A stretch of DNA of 64,000 nt from Geosiphon pyriformis uo1 (taxonomy: Eukaryota; Fungi; Glomeromycota): NCBI GenBank assembly GCA_016748015.1, contig JAAOMT010000639.1, forward strand, positions 62,001 to 126,000. Direction: 5' to 3'. Numbering within the stretch: position 1 is the stretch's first letter; each line of letters starts with the position of its first letter. The notes below the pieces were generated by a model. That model was not told the DNA's origin, made no database searches, and saw only the letters and a list, made by a program, of their open reading frames with translations. Positions 11,522 to 23,200 of the stretch are shown piece by piece. A program made the position numbers and the translations under genes.

Positions 11522-12175
11522 TCAAGATTGAGCTCCATCAAAATCGAAGTTAATTTCTTCATTAAATTCTAAGTTACTATAGTGGTTCAATACTGTGTTA
11601 TTAATTTGTTGTTGTAATTCTTGAAATTGCGAGTTGGTAAGTCGTCCAATACTGTTGGTTGTTATTATGTTCATAGTTGGGTCCAACAATAATTTGTGAC
11701 AGTTTTCAAATGCTTTGAAAATTCTGTAAACTGTTTTTGAATGGAATGTAGTGTTGGTTTTTCCAATGAAAGGTTCTAATAGTTGGATAGTTGTTTTGTC
11801 AAACACTCTAGTTGAGTCTTTTGAGTATAATGTTTGTATGTTCAAGTGCTTTCCTAGTTGATAATAACAGTAATTAATTGGGAATTTCGTTTTCAAGTTG
11901 CTAAATGTGTCTGGTGTTAATTCACTTATTTCTATTTCTTTCATTATTAATGTATTGCCCAATGCTATCTCTAATTTTTCAATAACTTTGCTAATAAATT
12001 TGTTGTTATATTTGGCAATATTATATGGTTCGAAATTATGTTCTTTTCTTGTTTTTGGATTTTCTATTGTTCTTTTGGAGCTATTAACTGTGATTTCTAG
12101 ATTGGATTTTAATTGTTGTAAGCTTTCAACTAATTGTTGAATTATATTGTTGATGTTTTCTGGAATAAATATCAT
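11522..12175 (-). CDS. ORF3: intact 217-aa retrotransposon accessory protein of unknown function (env position)
   Basis: Open ATG-to-stop ORF between integrase and PPT; homologs at 27362-28094, 35941-36588, ~8030-8078 and ~41840-42440. Confidence 0.85.
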   Translation of the reverse strand: MIFIPENINNIIQQLVESLQQLKSNLEITVNSSKRTIENPKTRKEHNFEPYNIAKYNNKFISKVIEKLEIALGNTLIMKEIEISELTPDTFSNLKTKFPINYCYYQLGKHLNIQTLYSKDSTRVFDKTTIQLLEPFIGKTNTTFHSKTVYRIFKAFENCHKLLLDPTMNIITTNSIGRLTNSQFQELQQQINNTVLNHYSNLEFNEEINFDFDGAQS

Positions 12176-12259
12176 TGTTTTAATTTTGAATGTTATTTTG
12201 GAATCTTTTGCATGTGTTTTTATGGTTGTTAAATCATTTTTGCTGTGATCTAAGATTAA

Positions 12260-13936
12260 TTATCTTTTCGAATAATGTTCAATTAAAACTATTGGTTCTA
12301 AATCTCGTGGAATTTGTTCTGGTAGAATTAAAGGTAATTGTGTTCCAATTCTGGGTGTTTTTGTTGTTATTACTGGTTTACTGTAATAGAATTTCAGCCG
12401 GTTACCATGTGCTGCTTTTCTTAATATTTTATCATCTAGTCTTAGCTTGTATGCTCCATTTCCAAGTATTTTGTGAATATAAAATAGTCCATATAACTTG
12501 TGATCANNNNNNNNNNNNNNNNNNNNTTCAATAAATAATACAAGTAGGTTTCTTAATACTTTGGGTTGTGATAGTTCAGTTTTAAATATTCTTTTTCATT
12601 TCTTTTTGATTTTAAAGATTTCTTGGGATATTTAATTTGAAAGTATGATTTAAAGTGGAGTTTGTTGAATAAAATTGGATCTATTGCTTGATAAGTTATG
12701 ATTTTTATTACTTGATTGATTATTTCCCAATATTAAAACTACTGTATATATACATGTTTGTAGTTCTACGAGAAAATACTTTCTTTTTGATATTTCAACC
12801 TGGTGTTTGCTGCTATCACCAGTTGGTGTTGGCTGCTATTGTCAACTGGTGCTTGCCACTATCGCAAGATGGTGTTTGCTACTATGTTAATCATTACCTT
12901 TCTAAGATTATTACTGTGCTATATTATGATTGAATAGTTTGTATTATTTTTATGATTCTTTTTTCTAAATTCTTAAACTGTAATATTATCCCCTCCTTTC
13001 AAGATTGAGCTCCATCAAAATCGAAGTTAATTTCTTCATTAAATTCTAAGTTACTATAGTGGTTCAATACTGTGTTATTAATTTGTNNNNNNNNNNNNNN
13101 NNNNNNAATTGTGTAGTATCTTGTTTTACTGTTCTATATGCTAATAGTACTGCTGGTATGAACAAATCCCATTCTTTTTCATGTTCGTTACTAATTTTCG
13201 CCAGTGATTCACATAATGTGCAATTAAATCTTTCAACTAATCCATTTGTTTGAGGGTGGTATGGTGATGACAGTGGTCGCTTGATTCCAAATTTTTGGCT
13301 AAGTTCTTTTAAGGTGCTGTTTACAAAGTGTGTGCCTTGATCTGATAGCAATTCTTGTGGACATCCATGTCGGCAAATTAAGTCTTCATGTATGAATTGA
13401 GCTATGGAAATAGCATCAGCTGTTTTAATAGCTCTAGCTTCTGGCCATTTGGTGAGATAGTCCATGGCTACTGCAATATAACGGTTGTTTCTTGTTGTTA
13501 TTGATAAGGGTCCAACTAAATCAATTCCGATTCTGTCAAATGGCTGTCCAACTTTTATTGGTCTTAATAATTCCGTTGTTTTTGCTCCTCCTCTTCGTTA
13601 GCATGGGTCACAATTTCTTATGTATTGGATTATGTCTGAGCTCATTTTTGGCCAATAGTAACGGCTAGTTGCATGTTGGATGGTTGCTGTTTTTCCAAAG
13701 TGGCCTGAATGAATATCTGAGTGCATGTTAAATAAGATAGTTTTTTTTTCATCTGTGCTTATAACTCTTAATGGATTATCTGGATTTTGTCGATTCCAGT
13801 AATAAAGTATGTGATTTTGGATGAAATAGTGTTTTGCTAATTTTTGGAGCTTAATTAGCTCTTTTACTGGCATTTCTTTGTCTATTTGTAGTGTTTCCAA
13901 GTATTGGCTGAGGTTTTTGTAAAGGTGGTTGTTCAT
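12260..13936 (-). pseudogene. Integrase ORF of B (own ATG at 13936; interrupted by a stop and gaps)
   Basis: MHSDIHSGHFG..CDPC HHCC, DYLTKWPEA, SDQGTHF, YHPQTNGLVERFN; C-terminal LGNGAYKL at ~12450. Confidence 0.9.
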
Positions 13937-13965
13937 TGTTGTTGTGGCGGGTGGGTTGGTGATTT

Positions 13966-16900
13966 TTATGTGTGTCTCATTCTTGACAAACAGTTGGCAT
14001 TAGCATTTTTGGTATCTTCTTTGTATTTGATAATATAATCGTATGGTGCTAACGTTTGTGACCATCTGGCGTATTTTTCTTTTAGCACTTTCTTGTTATT
14101 TAACCAGACCAGACCTCTATGATCTGTCGTAATCTCAAAGGGTTGGTACCGTAAATATGTGTCAAAGTGACACACAACTCCAGACTACTGCTAAGCATTC
14201 AAGTTCATGTGCTGCGTAGTTTTGTTCTGCCGTACTGAGACTTCTGTTGGCATAAGCGATTACACGTTCTCTTCCATTATCATCTTTTTGTGACAGAATG
14301 GCTCCAAGTCCAGTTCTAGAGGCATCTGTGGCCAAAATGAATTTCTTGTTGAAATTCGGATAGATCATTATTGGTAATTCAATGAGCTTTTGTCTAAGAT
14401 ACTTAAAAGCTTTTTGTTGTGCTTCAGTTCATTCAAACTTCACATTTTTAGATAGTAGGTAATTAAAGGGTTTGGCGATGTTTGAAAAGTTTTCTACAAA
14501 GCGGCGGTAGTAAGATACGAGTCCTAAAAAGCTTCTAACTTCTGAAACGTTTCGAGGTACTGGAAAATTTTTCACTTTGTCTATTTTTGATGGATCTGGT
14601 TTTATTCCATCTTTACCAACTATGTGTCCTAAAAATACTAGCTCATTTTTCCCAAAGAAACATTTTTCTAGATTTAGTTTAAGTCCAGCGTGTCTCAATC
14701 TCTCAAAAACTTGTTGTAAATGTTGGAGATGATCTGTGAATTTTGACAAGAAAACATTTGTATTATTCAAGTAGACAACAACGGATTGCCACAGGATTCC
14801 GGAGTAAATTACGTCCATTAGTCTTTGGAATGTCGCGGGAGCATTTGTTAATCCAAATGGCATTACATTGAACTCATAATTGCCATTTTGNNNNNNNNNN
14901 NNNNNNNNNNGTTGTTTTTCAGGTCTGGCGTCTCCAGTGGGGATTTGGTGTTGAACCAAGTTGGTTCTTCCAAATTTGCCATTTCTTGAAAATATATCAG
15001 AGTATTTTAAAATTAATGCTTTTAATTGTTGCTGTTGGTCGGGATCCATTGTTCCAATGTTTAATTTGGCCAATTCTTCTGGCGTAAATTAATAGCATTC
15101 TACTGGTTGTTGCCAATTTATTGAAGTGAGTTCACAATAGAGGGCAATTTCTGGGAAATTTAGAATTTCTTGTGGTGTTGACGTGTTTTCTAGCTCCGTT
15201 CCGAGGTATCCAATGATGGTATCTTCTGGAATGTAGACGGGTTCTTCTGTGGTGTTTGCGATAGGAATTTTTATCCATTGAGCTTTATCAGCTGGAATAA
15301 AAAGGTTAGTAAGTTTCTGAGTAAGGCTCAAATATTAGGTCTTTTTCTTTAATTGTCCTTTTTATTCTTATTTCTGATTTTCCATATGGTAGGAGCGTGA
15401 TGGACTGCTCATTTTTAATTACTTTACCTTTTTCCTCTATTGTTTCAGCGAAATTCGCTTCAATTCCTTTTTCTGTCGATCCGAAACCAAAAGTTTCTCT
15501 CGTTGTTTGTGACAATTCCTCACGATTTTCCACTGGCACGAATTTCCCAATTTTTACCAATGGTAGGAAAATTGCTTGTGCAATCTTTTTCTTAGATTCA
15601 ATAGTATAAGGCTTTTCTGAATTGTTCTGTAGCAAAACCATCAAATTTCCAGTGTATCCGGAGTCAATTACTCCTCCTTGAATGCTTATTCCTTTTTTCG
15701 CGAGGCTTGATCGCGACATCATTTGAACCATTATTCCTGGCAGAATTTCAACCGCTATTTTTAGGTCGATTTTGGTGATGCTTCTGGGTGGTAACGTTGT
15801 GGATTGGTCTTCTGGATAACGTAGATCAAATCCGGCGTCAGTTGGATGGGCTCTTTCGGGTATTATTCCTAAGTGCCCGTTGTCGAAGTATCGGATGTCG
15901 GTCACCTGTTCTATGTCAGTATAAGCTACAAATTTTTCTGACTCGGAACCGTCAGGTGAGTCTTGTTGATTTATTGATTGATTTTGAGACTGCTGATTCT
16001 CAATTTCCATTTTTCTTTCTAAGTCCTTTTCATCTTGACACTTTTCACAGCACTGACTTTGGCACGAGATGAGACAGTTTTCACAGAGGTAAGTGTTGAT
16101 TTGGGTGAGGTATTGTTCTTGCTCTTGTCGAGTGGGGCATAGTTGTTGGTAGTAGTTCTGGAATTCGTCCACTGGGTCGAACATGTTGTAGCTGGTGACT
16201 TTGTCGGCTACTTCGGCTGACTCTTTCCAATGTTGTATTTCTTCGGCAGTTCTTTCTCTTACTTTGGCTTGTACGGTGTTGTACAACTTGTCCTCGTTGT
16301 GTGGGTAGTGCTGTAGTCTTTTTAACGCTCTGTTGAACGCTGCTTCGAACAGCGTTCCTCCTCTTACCCAGTCACAGATGAGGATTGTGTATTGGCAAGT
16401 TGCGTTACACATTCCTCCTCTGCCTGGTAAGTCGTTCCAGTCGCACCCTCTTGGTAATGGTTCTCCACAAGTGAGGCACGGTTCCTCGTTCCATTTTCTG
16501 TGTCTTTCTGGGTAACCGTATTTTTCTTTGTTACAACGGTTACAATAGTAGTGGGTGGGGTTTCTTGGGTCTTCGTCCAGTGCGCTGCACGCAGTCATAG
16601 ATGAGAGTTTCTTCTTGCAAACCGAGCATTCTAGCTTTGGTCTGCGTCGCTGGTGGTTTCTTCGTGAACTTACCTGGTTCTATTCGGATCTTTTTTCGCT
16701 GGTCCACGTTGGTACGGCTGGTAGTCCTGTTCTTTGGTCATCAGCCCAAGAGAGCTGATAGGTTTCGATGGCTGGTAGTGCTGAATTTTTCTCAAATTTG
16801 AAGGTAGGTCTTTGGTTGGCGCTGGGTTTTTGGAAGTGGCCACAGGTGGCTGGAATTTTGGCCTGGTGGCCATTATAATTGATCAGAAGCTCTTGGGTGG

Positions 16901-19315
16901 TCCAGTTTAGGGTGGCGTTGGCTTTTGTTAGCCAGTCATTTCCTACTAACGCTTGATATTGTGTAGTGTCCATTACTAATACTTTTGTAGGTATTACTAT
17001 GCCGTTAATTTCGAAAGGGAATGAGTCGATTTCGCCATAAGGCAGCTTTGTACTTCCATCGGCTGTTATGATTTGGGATGTCGCGGCACGATCAACTTTG
17101 AAACCCAGTTGGTTTACTAGTTGAAGCATTACGATGCTTCCAGCGGATCCACTGTCTAAGATAAGTTTGATTGGGGTATTGTTTACAGTGGCTTCCATAT
17201 ACATAGCAGTGATTGGGCATTTTTCGTCCAATGCTGCTCCACTGAACATAGCCTCGTTTTCCTCTAATTCAAAAGGAAAAATAGCTGCAAGGCTGCTATC
17301 TTTGGTGGCAACTGCTGGTGGTATTGTCTGGCTCAATTTGGAGGAATTCTTGGTTCTGTTTATGTTTCTACCATCATTGTTTCCGATGATCAAGTTTTCC
17401 AGTATATTAAGGTAAGTTTGTTGATAATTTTGGTAGTTTGGATTGGTTTGCTGATTGGTTCCGGCGCGGTTTGGATTCCTCTGGACCAATGCATTCTGGT
17501 TCTACATGAGCTGATTTCGGGCCTCGGGACGCCAATTTGGGTTGGCTATCATGGGCTGTTGCTGGTAAGCTCCTTGATTTTGATATGTAGTGGGATATTG
17601 GCGTGGTATTGGCGTGTACTGGTTTCTGGGCATTTGGGGTGGTGCGTAGTAATTATTTTCGCGTGCTTCCTACATCATTCGCGTTCGACATTGACTAATC
17701 AAATGTCCTACGCGTTTGCAAAAATGGCAGGCGCGTGTTTCTGTTCTGAATTCCTGGCGCGACGAGCAATTATTTCGACTGTCGCTGACTTCCTAGCTGC
17801 GTCTTTGGGGTGGTTGGTATGTATTTTTTCTCAGATCCGGGATGAGATAACTTTCTATTTTCTTAAAAAGTTCCTCCCCTAATTGCGTTACTCTTTTCTC
17901 TAATGTTTCTGTCTTATTTTCTTCCATTACCATGTTAACCATTTGACTATGGTTAGCTTCTTTCTCAGCCAATTCAAGGGCTCTGGTGAGCGTAACGGCT
18001 TCTGGTAAGGAATTAGGGTGGGCAGGGCGTACTCTTCCTAAAATGCTGCTTTTTAATCCTCTAATAAACTGATTTAAAACCTGAGGATCAGTGTAGTATC
18101 CTTGTTCAATCGCTTCAATCTGACGGCGAATTCGATTGAATCGAGCAAGGTATTGGGTAACAGTTTCACCGGTATTTTGCTTGATAGTATTGAATTCGTT
18201 CTGTAGTTGAATTACGGCATTTGGGTCGCTAAAATACTCCAGGAGTGCATTTTTAAATTCGACAAAGCTCGTGGGTTTTGTTTCCAGGCTTTGATACCAC
18301 GAGTCGGCTGTGTCTTTCAGGAAGAAAGGTAATGTTTGAATTGCTCTTTGGTCATTCTAGTTATTTGCCTGGATGGCTTTTTGTGTTTTTCTGAGCCATG
18401 TGTGCATGTCCGTTTCTTCTTCCTCTCCTGAGAAATCTGTTAGTCTTGCAATGTATGGTGTGGTCATTTCGTTGCCGTTTTCTGCTGGTGGGTTTATTGG
18501 TCTAAGAGGAGGTGGGATGATATTTCCTTGAGTGTTCCTAAAAGTGGCTTCCCTTATATCCGGTTCTTCCTTTTGCTCACGAGTTTCTTGGTTTCTGGAC
18601 TGGCTGCTTGTTCCAGTGACTGGTCTTGTGATTGTTTTTTCGCTGGTCTTTTTTTCGGATTCTGATTCAGACTCTTCTTCACGGTTTTCAAACCCGTTCT
18701 AAATTTTGGCTGAAAAAGAGGGTTTTGGAATAGTGATGAATATCCTCCTGTAATTGGTATGTCTCCCCAGTTACGTTGTTTAATTTTATCAATATAACTA
18801 GGAGTTTTTGGCGTTTGTGGAGTTGATATTGATGATGATGCAGCTCCTAATGGAATTTGTATCTTATTTTCTGGTGAAAAATGGTATGATTTATCTTCTG
18901 GTGAATAAATACGTTGTTTCTTTATTGATTGAGTGACAGTTTTCTTTGGCGTTTGAGCTGGTGTTCCTAGTTTTTGCTGGTTACTTTTCTGATTAGTTTC
19001 TAAATTTTCTTTGGTTTTGTTGGCATGTTCTCTAGTGTTTTTTGTGAATATTAAAAAATTTTTGTTGGTGTATTGCTCAATTTTTCGATGGATTTTGACA
19101 ATAGTTATGGCTATTACTGCTACTTCCTTTCTAAGTTTTGCATCATGTGGTTCTTCTTTCTTTCCTATATAATAATTTATTCTGGCATTGATATAATAAG
19201 TGAGGGCAGATTCTGCTGGACAACACCCTTCTGGTAATCCAAGATCACTTTGATTTTGTGTGTAAATAGCACGGCAGAATTCAAGAACAGTAAGATTAGG
19301 GATTTTTGTCGCTAC
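13966..19315 (-). pseudogene. gag-PR-Cys-rich-dUTPase-RT-RNaseH polyprotein of B
   Basis: ORF pieces 16680-17489 (gag end fused in frame to PR), 15306-16598, 14429-15073, 14162-14368, 13966-14175; a few nonsense transitions; YLDD mutated to YLNN. Confidence 0.92.
15470..15870 (-). other. dUTPase domain of B with all five motifs
   Basis: AHPTDAGFDL / SRSSLA / GVIDSGYTG / KIAQAI / RETFGFGST. Confidence 0.92.
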
Positions 19316-19377
19316 TTTTGTCTTTTCCTTTTTAGCAATGAATTATTGCTAATTATTATTTCCTTTTTGATTTTCTT

Positions 19378-19395
19378 TCCTCGTAGGGTTCACCA
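19378..19395 (-). promoter_or_regulatory. PBS of B, TGGTGAACCCTACGAGGA (different tRNA from A/C/D)
   Basis: TGG 2 nt after the LTR end on the minus strand. Confidence 0.8.
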
Positions 19396-19397
19396 AA

Positions 19398-20263
19398 TGT
19401 TACGAGATGATTTTCTTGTTATATTTAATTGCTGATATCCCGCTTTAATTGCAATCAGTCTTTCGTGAGTTCCTCAATTCTATTTGTGTGATAATGTCAC
19501 TGTTACACTGAAGGCTTTCTTTTTACTGTTGCGATGTAAGTTATTCTTTAATTCTTGATTGTTGTGTGTGTTTATGTACTCCTTCTCAGAGGCTGAACTG
19601 AAATCTACTCACTGTTTGGGGTCTTCTCTGAGGCTATTCTTGCAATTGCCTGATGTGTTTCTCTAATCTAGAAACACAGAATGTTAATGGTCTTTAGTGC
19701 TTTTCTAATTCTCACAATAAAGCTTTTATCAATTAGTAACAACGTGAATAATCTTGATCAAGGATTATTCTTCCAAGGGATTCAGTTGATGAATGATAGT
19801 TTCATTCAATAAATAATACAAGTAAGTTTCTTAATACTTTGGGTTGTGATAGTTCAGTTTTAAATATTCTTTTTCATTTATTTTTTTTTTTTTTGTTTTC
19901 TTGGGATATTTAATTTGAAAGTATGATTTAAAGTGGAGTTTGTTGAATAAAATTGGATCTATTGCTTGATAAGTTATGATTTTTATTACTTGATTGATTA
20001 TTTCTCAATATTAAAACTACTGTATATATACATGTTTGTAGTTCTATGAGAAAATACTTTCTTTTTGATATTTCAACCTGGTGTTTGCTGCTATCACCAG
20101 TTGGTGTTGGCTGCTATTGTTAACTGGTGCTTGCCACTATCATGAGATGGTGTTTGCTACTATGTTAATCATTACCTTTCTAAGATTATTACTGTGCTAT
20201 ATTATGATTGAATAGTTTGTATTATTTTTATGATTCTTTTTTCTAAATTCTTAAACTGTAACA
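19398..20263 (-). repeat. 5' LTR of B
   Basis: TGTTAC...GTAACA termini; matches 11082-11508 and 12527-12985. Confidence 0.93.
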
Positions 20264-23200
20264 GCGCAACTGATACAAAAAAACTTGGAGAACAAATCCA
20301 TCAAATTTTACTAGGGTACTCAACAACTACCATTACTTGAGCAATTGTTGAAACTCTATGCATAGTTGATACAGACATTAAACACTACATGACACAACAA
20401 TTCTCTCAAGTACAACAACCAATAAAATCCAATCTGGAAGAATATGAAGACAGATCCAATAATCTTACAACTGCCCAAGACAAGTCCACAGTCACCAAGA
20501 AACCGAGGATCCTTTTCCCAACAACTCCATCATATTATTAGACACTCCAAAGTAGAATTGTATTCAATCCACCCCTGAAAACCCAGTCAAAAACATTATA
20601 AACTCCTGGAAATCTACACTCTTGAGGTCAACACAGTTGGACCAAACCACTAGGAGAATATGGATTACTGTTTGGAAATCTTATCTCAACAGCCAGTTAA
20701 ATAGAAGGAAACATGTCAACTTGGGAACAACCACCAGCACAAAACCCAGCAGAATCAGCATCTCTCTTGATAAAGGGAACAACTATCTTACAATCTATTG
20801 GTACAAGTGACAAAGGGAAACAACCAGCATTAACATCTGGAAAACACTTAAATACACGAACACCAATCTCCTTAAATGTAACCAGTAACATCCCATTCAT
20901 CAACTGAATCATGACTTACCGGAATATTGCTAAATTAGAGAAATTCTCTAGTGAAAAAAATAATGCATATTCTTAGATTGCGGATGCCAAGAAAGTTATT
21001 ACTGCTAATGGTTGGGACAATGACCACACAATTCAGGCACTGCCATTCTTTCTGACCAGAACCACTGATTTGTGGTACCAGAGTCTTGCAGAGAAGCCTA
21101 CTTTCTTTACAGAGTTTAAACTTGCATTTCTGCAATACTTCTGTGATCTTAATACACTTATCCAATTGCAAAATTAATTCAGTATAATAAAACAAAATGA
21201 CCATAAAGCAGTAACTACATATCTTGGAAGATTCAATTAGGTCCTTTGACAAATCCTAACCATCGAGCAGAATTATTATACTACTGCACAAGTTCTCAAT
21301 CAATTCATTAAAGGACTAAGAAACAGCCTCTTAAGATCCATACAATCTCGTCATTCGACAAACCTACAAGAAGCAGTTACTCTTACTTGTGATTTTGAAT
21401 CCACAGAATAAGAAGCAAACCATACCCAAGCCATAAATTTAGCCATCAATGAAACCTCTAACATCGATGTAAAGATAATCCAATTAAGTGAGAAATTAAC
21501 TCAGAAAATTAAGAGATTCTTAGCCAGAACTACAGAAAATTACCAACTACCACAATGAAAAGAAAATAACAACAACAACAGATACCCACAGCAACAGAAC
21601 CATTAACAACAACAACAACCTTGGAGATTTGATCTCCACAACTGTTACTACTGCCAGAAACCTGGACACATTGTCTATGACTGTAGAAAGAAAATAATAG
21701 ACCAAACTCAAGGAAACCAATATTAGCAATTAAGATATTAATAAAACATGGTATCCCAATATTTTATATCTTAAAATCAACTGCCCCAGTATGCACAACA
21801 AGTCCTGTACACTTAACCACTGCCCCAGAATTATTATCAATTACCACCAATAACACAAGCCATCCCTTACTATCAAACTTTCCTTTACAGCCAGCCCAGA
21901 CCTCGAGTTATAGACTATAATCAAGAATGAAGGAATCCCAACAACAATCAAGTACAAACCAATGGTAAACTGTCTCAACCAATTTTTCACGGTCCTGTTT
22001 CATCTTAACCAGCACCAACCAGATACCTGAATCAAGCTTCTTATCTCAGTCTTATAGAAGACCAGAGTTTTAATAAATCTATATCTGTGGAAGGAAAGAA
22101 TATAGAACAAATTTCTCCACCTTTCAAGCAAGCAAAAAGCAATATCCCACCAGCCATTATTACTGAGGACACCACCCTAGCCACTATCTTTTCTTTTGAC
22201 ATCAATAATTTGAACACCCATAGCCTTTTTAGTGGAACAGCCATCAATCAAGATAAACCAATAATGGCCCTATACACTGATGCCAGAGTTGGGGGAATAG
22301 ACATTAAATTAATCCTGAATAGCAGATTAGCCAATAGCATAATCACAAAACAGCTCATAGACCAACTAGGTCACTGAGTAGACCGTACTACTACTGCTCA
22401 GATCATTATAGTGGATGGAAACACAAAAACCCCAATAGGAAAAATTGACAACTTCTCTTTCAAGATTAATGGAATCCAGATCTCTACCAAGATACTTGTC
22501 ATGGAAGCTACTCAATATCAAGCTCTGGTAGAAAATGATTGGTTGTCAAAAGCCAATGCTACTCTCAACTGAAACACCCAAGAACTTCAATTCACAGTCA
22601 ATGGACAGCATGTCTGAGTCTTAGCTACGTGCAGACACTTTAAAACCCAATATATCAAGGAACCCCTTATTAAATTCGAAGACGTATCACTACCACCAAC
22701 CATTGAGATCTATCAGGTTTCATGAATGGACAATTATTGAACTGAACTACCTCCACTACCAACTTGGAAAGAAAAAGAAAAAGACAGAGCTGAAGAAGAA
22801 CTCTAATTGTCATCAATAGGATATGTAACTTCAGACCAAAGAAATCTATTTTACCAACCTCCAAGACTAATATGTGTTGATTGTGGAAAGAAGCTATCTA
22901 CTATGGGCGCATGTATCAAAGACAACAAAAAATGGCCCACTGTTACCAAATACTACTGCAGATCTTGTTTACTAGAAAAATTTAGATGACCAAAACAACA
23001 AGACAAATGGGACAACATGCTGTGCCTTGTATGTGGCAAGATTCTGCCTAATAAAAAACTCTGGAATGATGTGCCTGACAGAGGAGAAATATGCAATAAG
23101 GCTTGTTAGTACACCATATTAATCAACAATTGGGTACGAAAAGAAACCTCCATCAAGGACACTTGGAAATGAGCACTCAATAGACTGGACGGCTATTCAC

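Larger units (their letters stand above)
11082..20263 (-). mobile_element. Ty3/Gypsy copy B, youngest, nested in C gag, contains four assembly gaps
   Basis: LTRs 19398-20263 and 11082-11508; TSD GTGC/GCGC; CpG-retaining, long ORF pieces; CCHC knuckle CHFCKRVGHLISQC, LDSGS protease, dUTPase, RT, RH, IN. Confidence 0.95.

Noticed and set aside
12527-13086. Apparent third LTR plus duplicated ORF3 end inside B integrase
   Set aside because: Bounded by 20-N gaps on both sides and duplicates 11267-11609; most likely a misplaced contig
17418-17882. Hydrophobic + strand ORF (154 aa) and similar antisense ORFs (2220-2558, 11898-12140, 12190-12534)
   Set aside because: Shadows of A/C-rich gag and ORF3 coding strands; not conserved between copies
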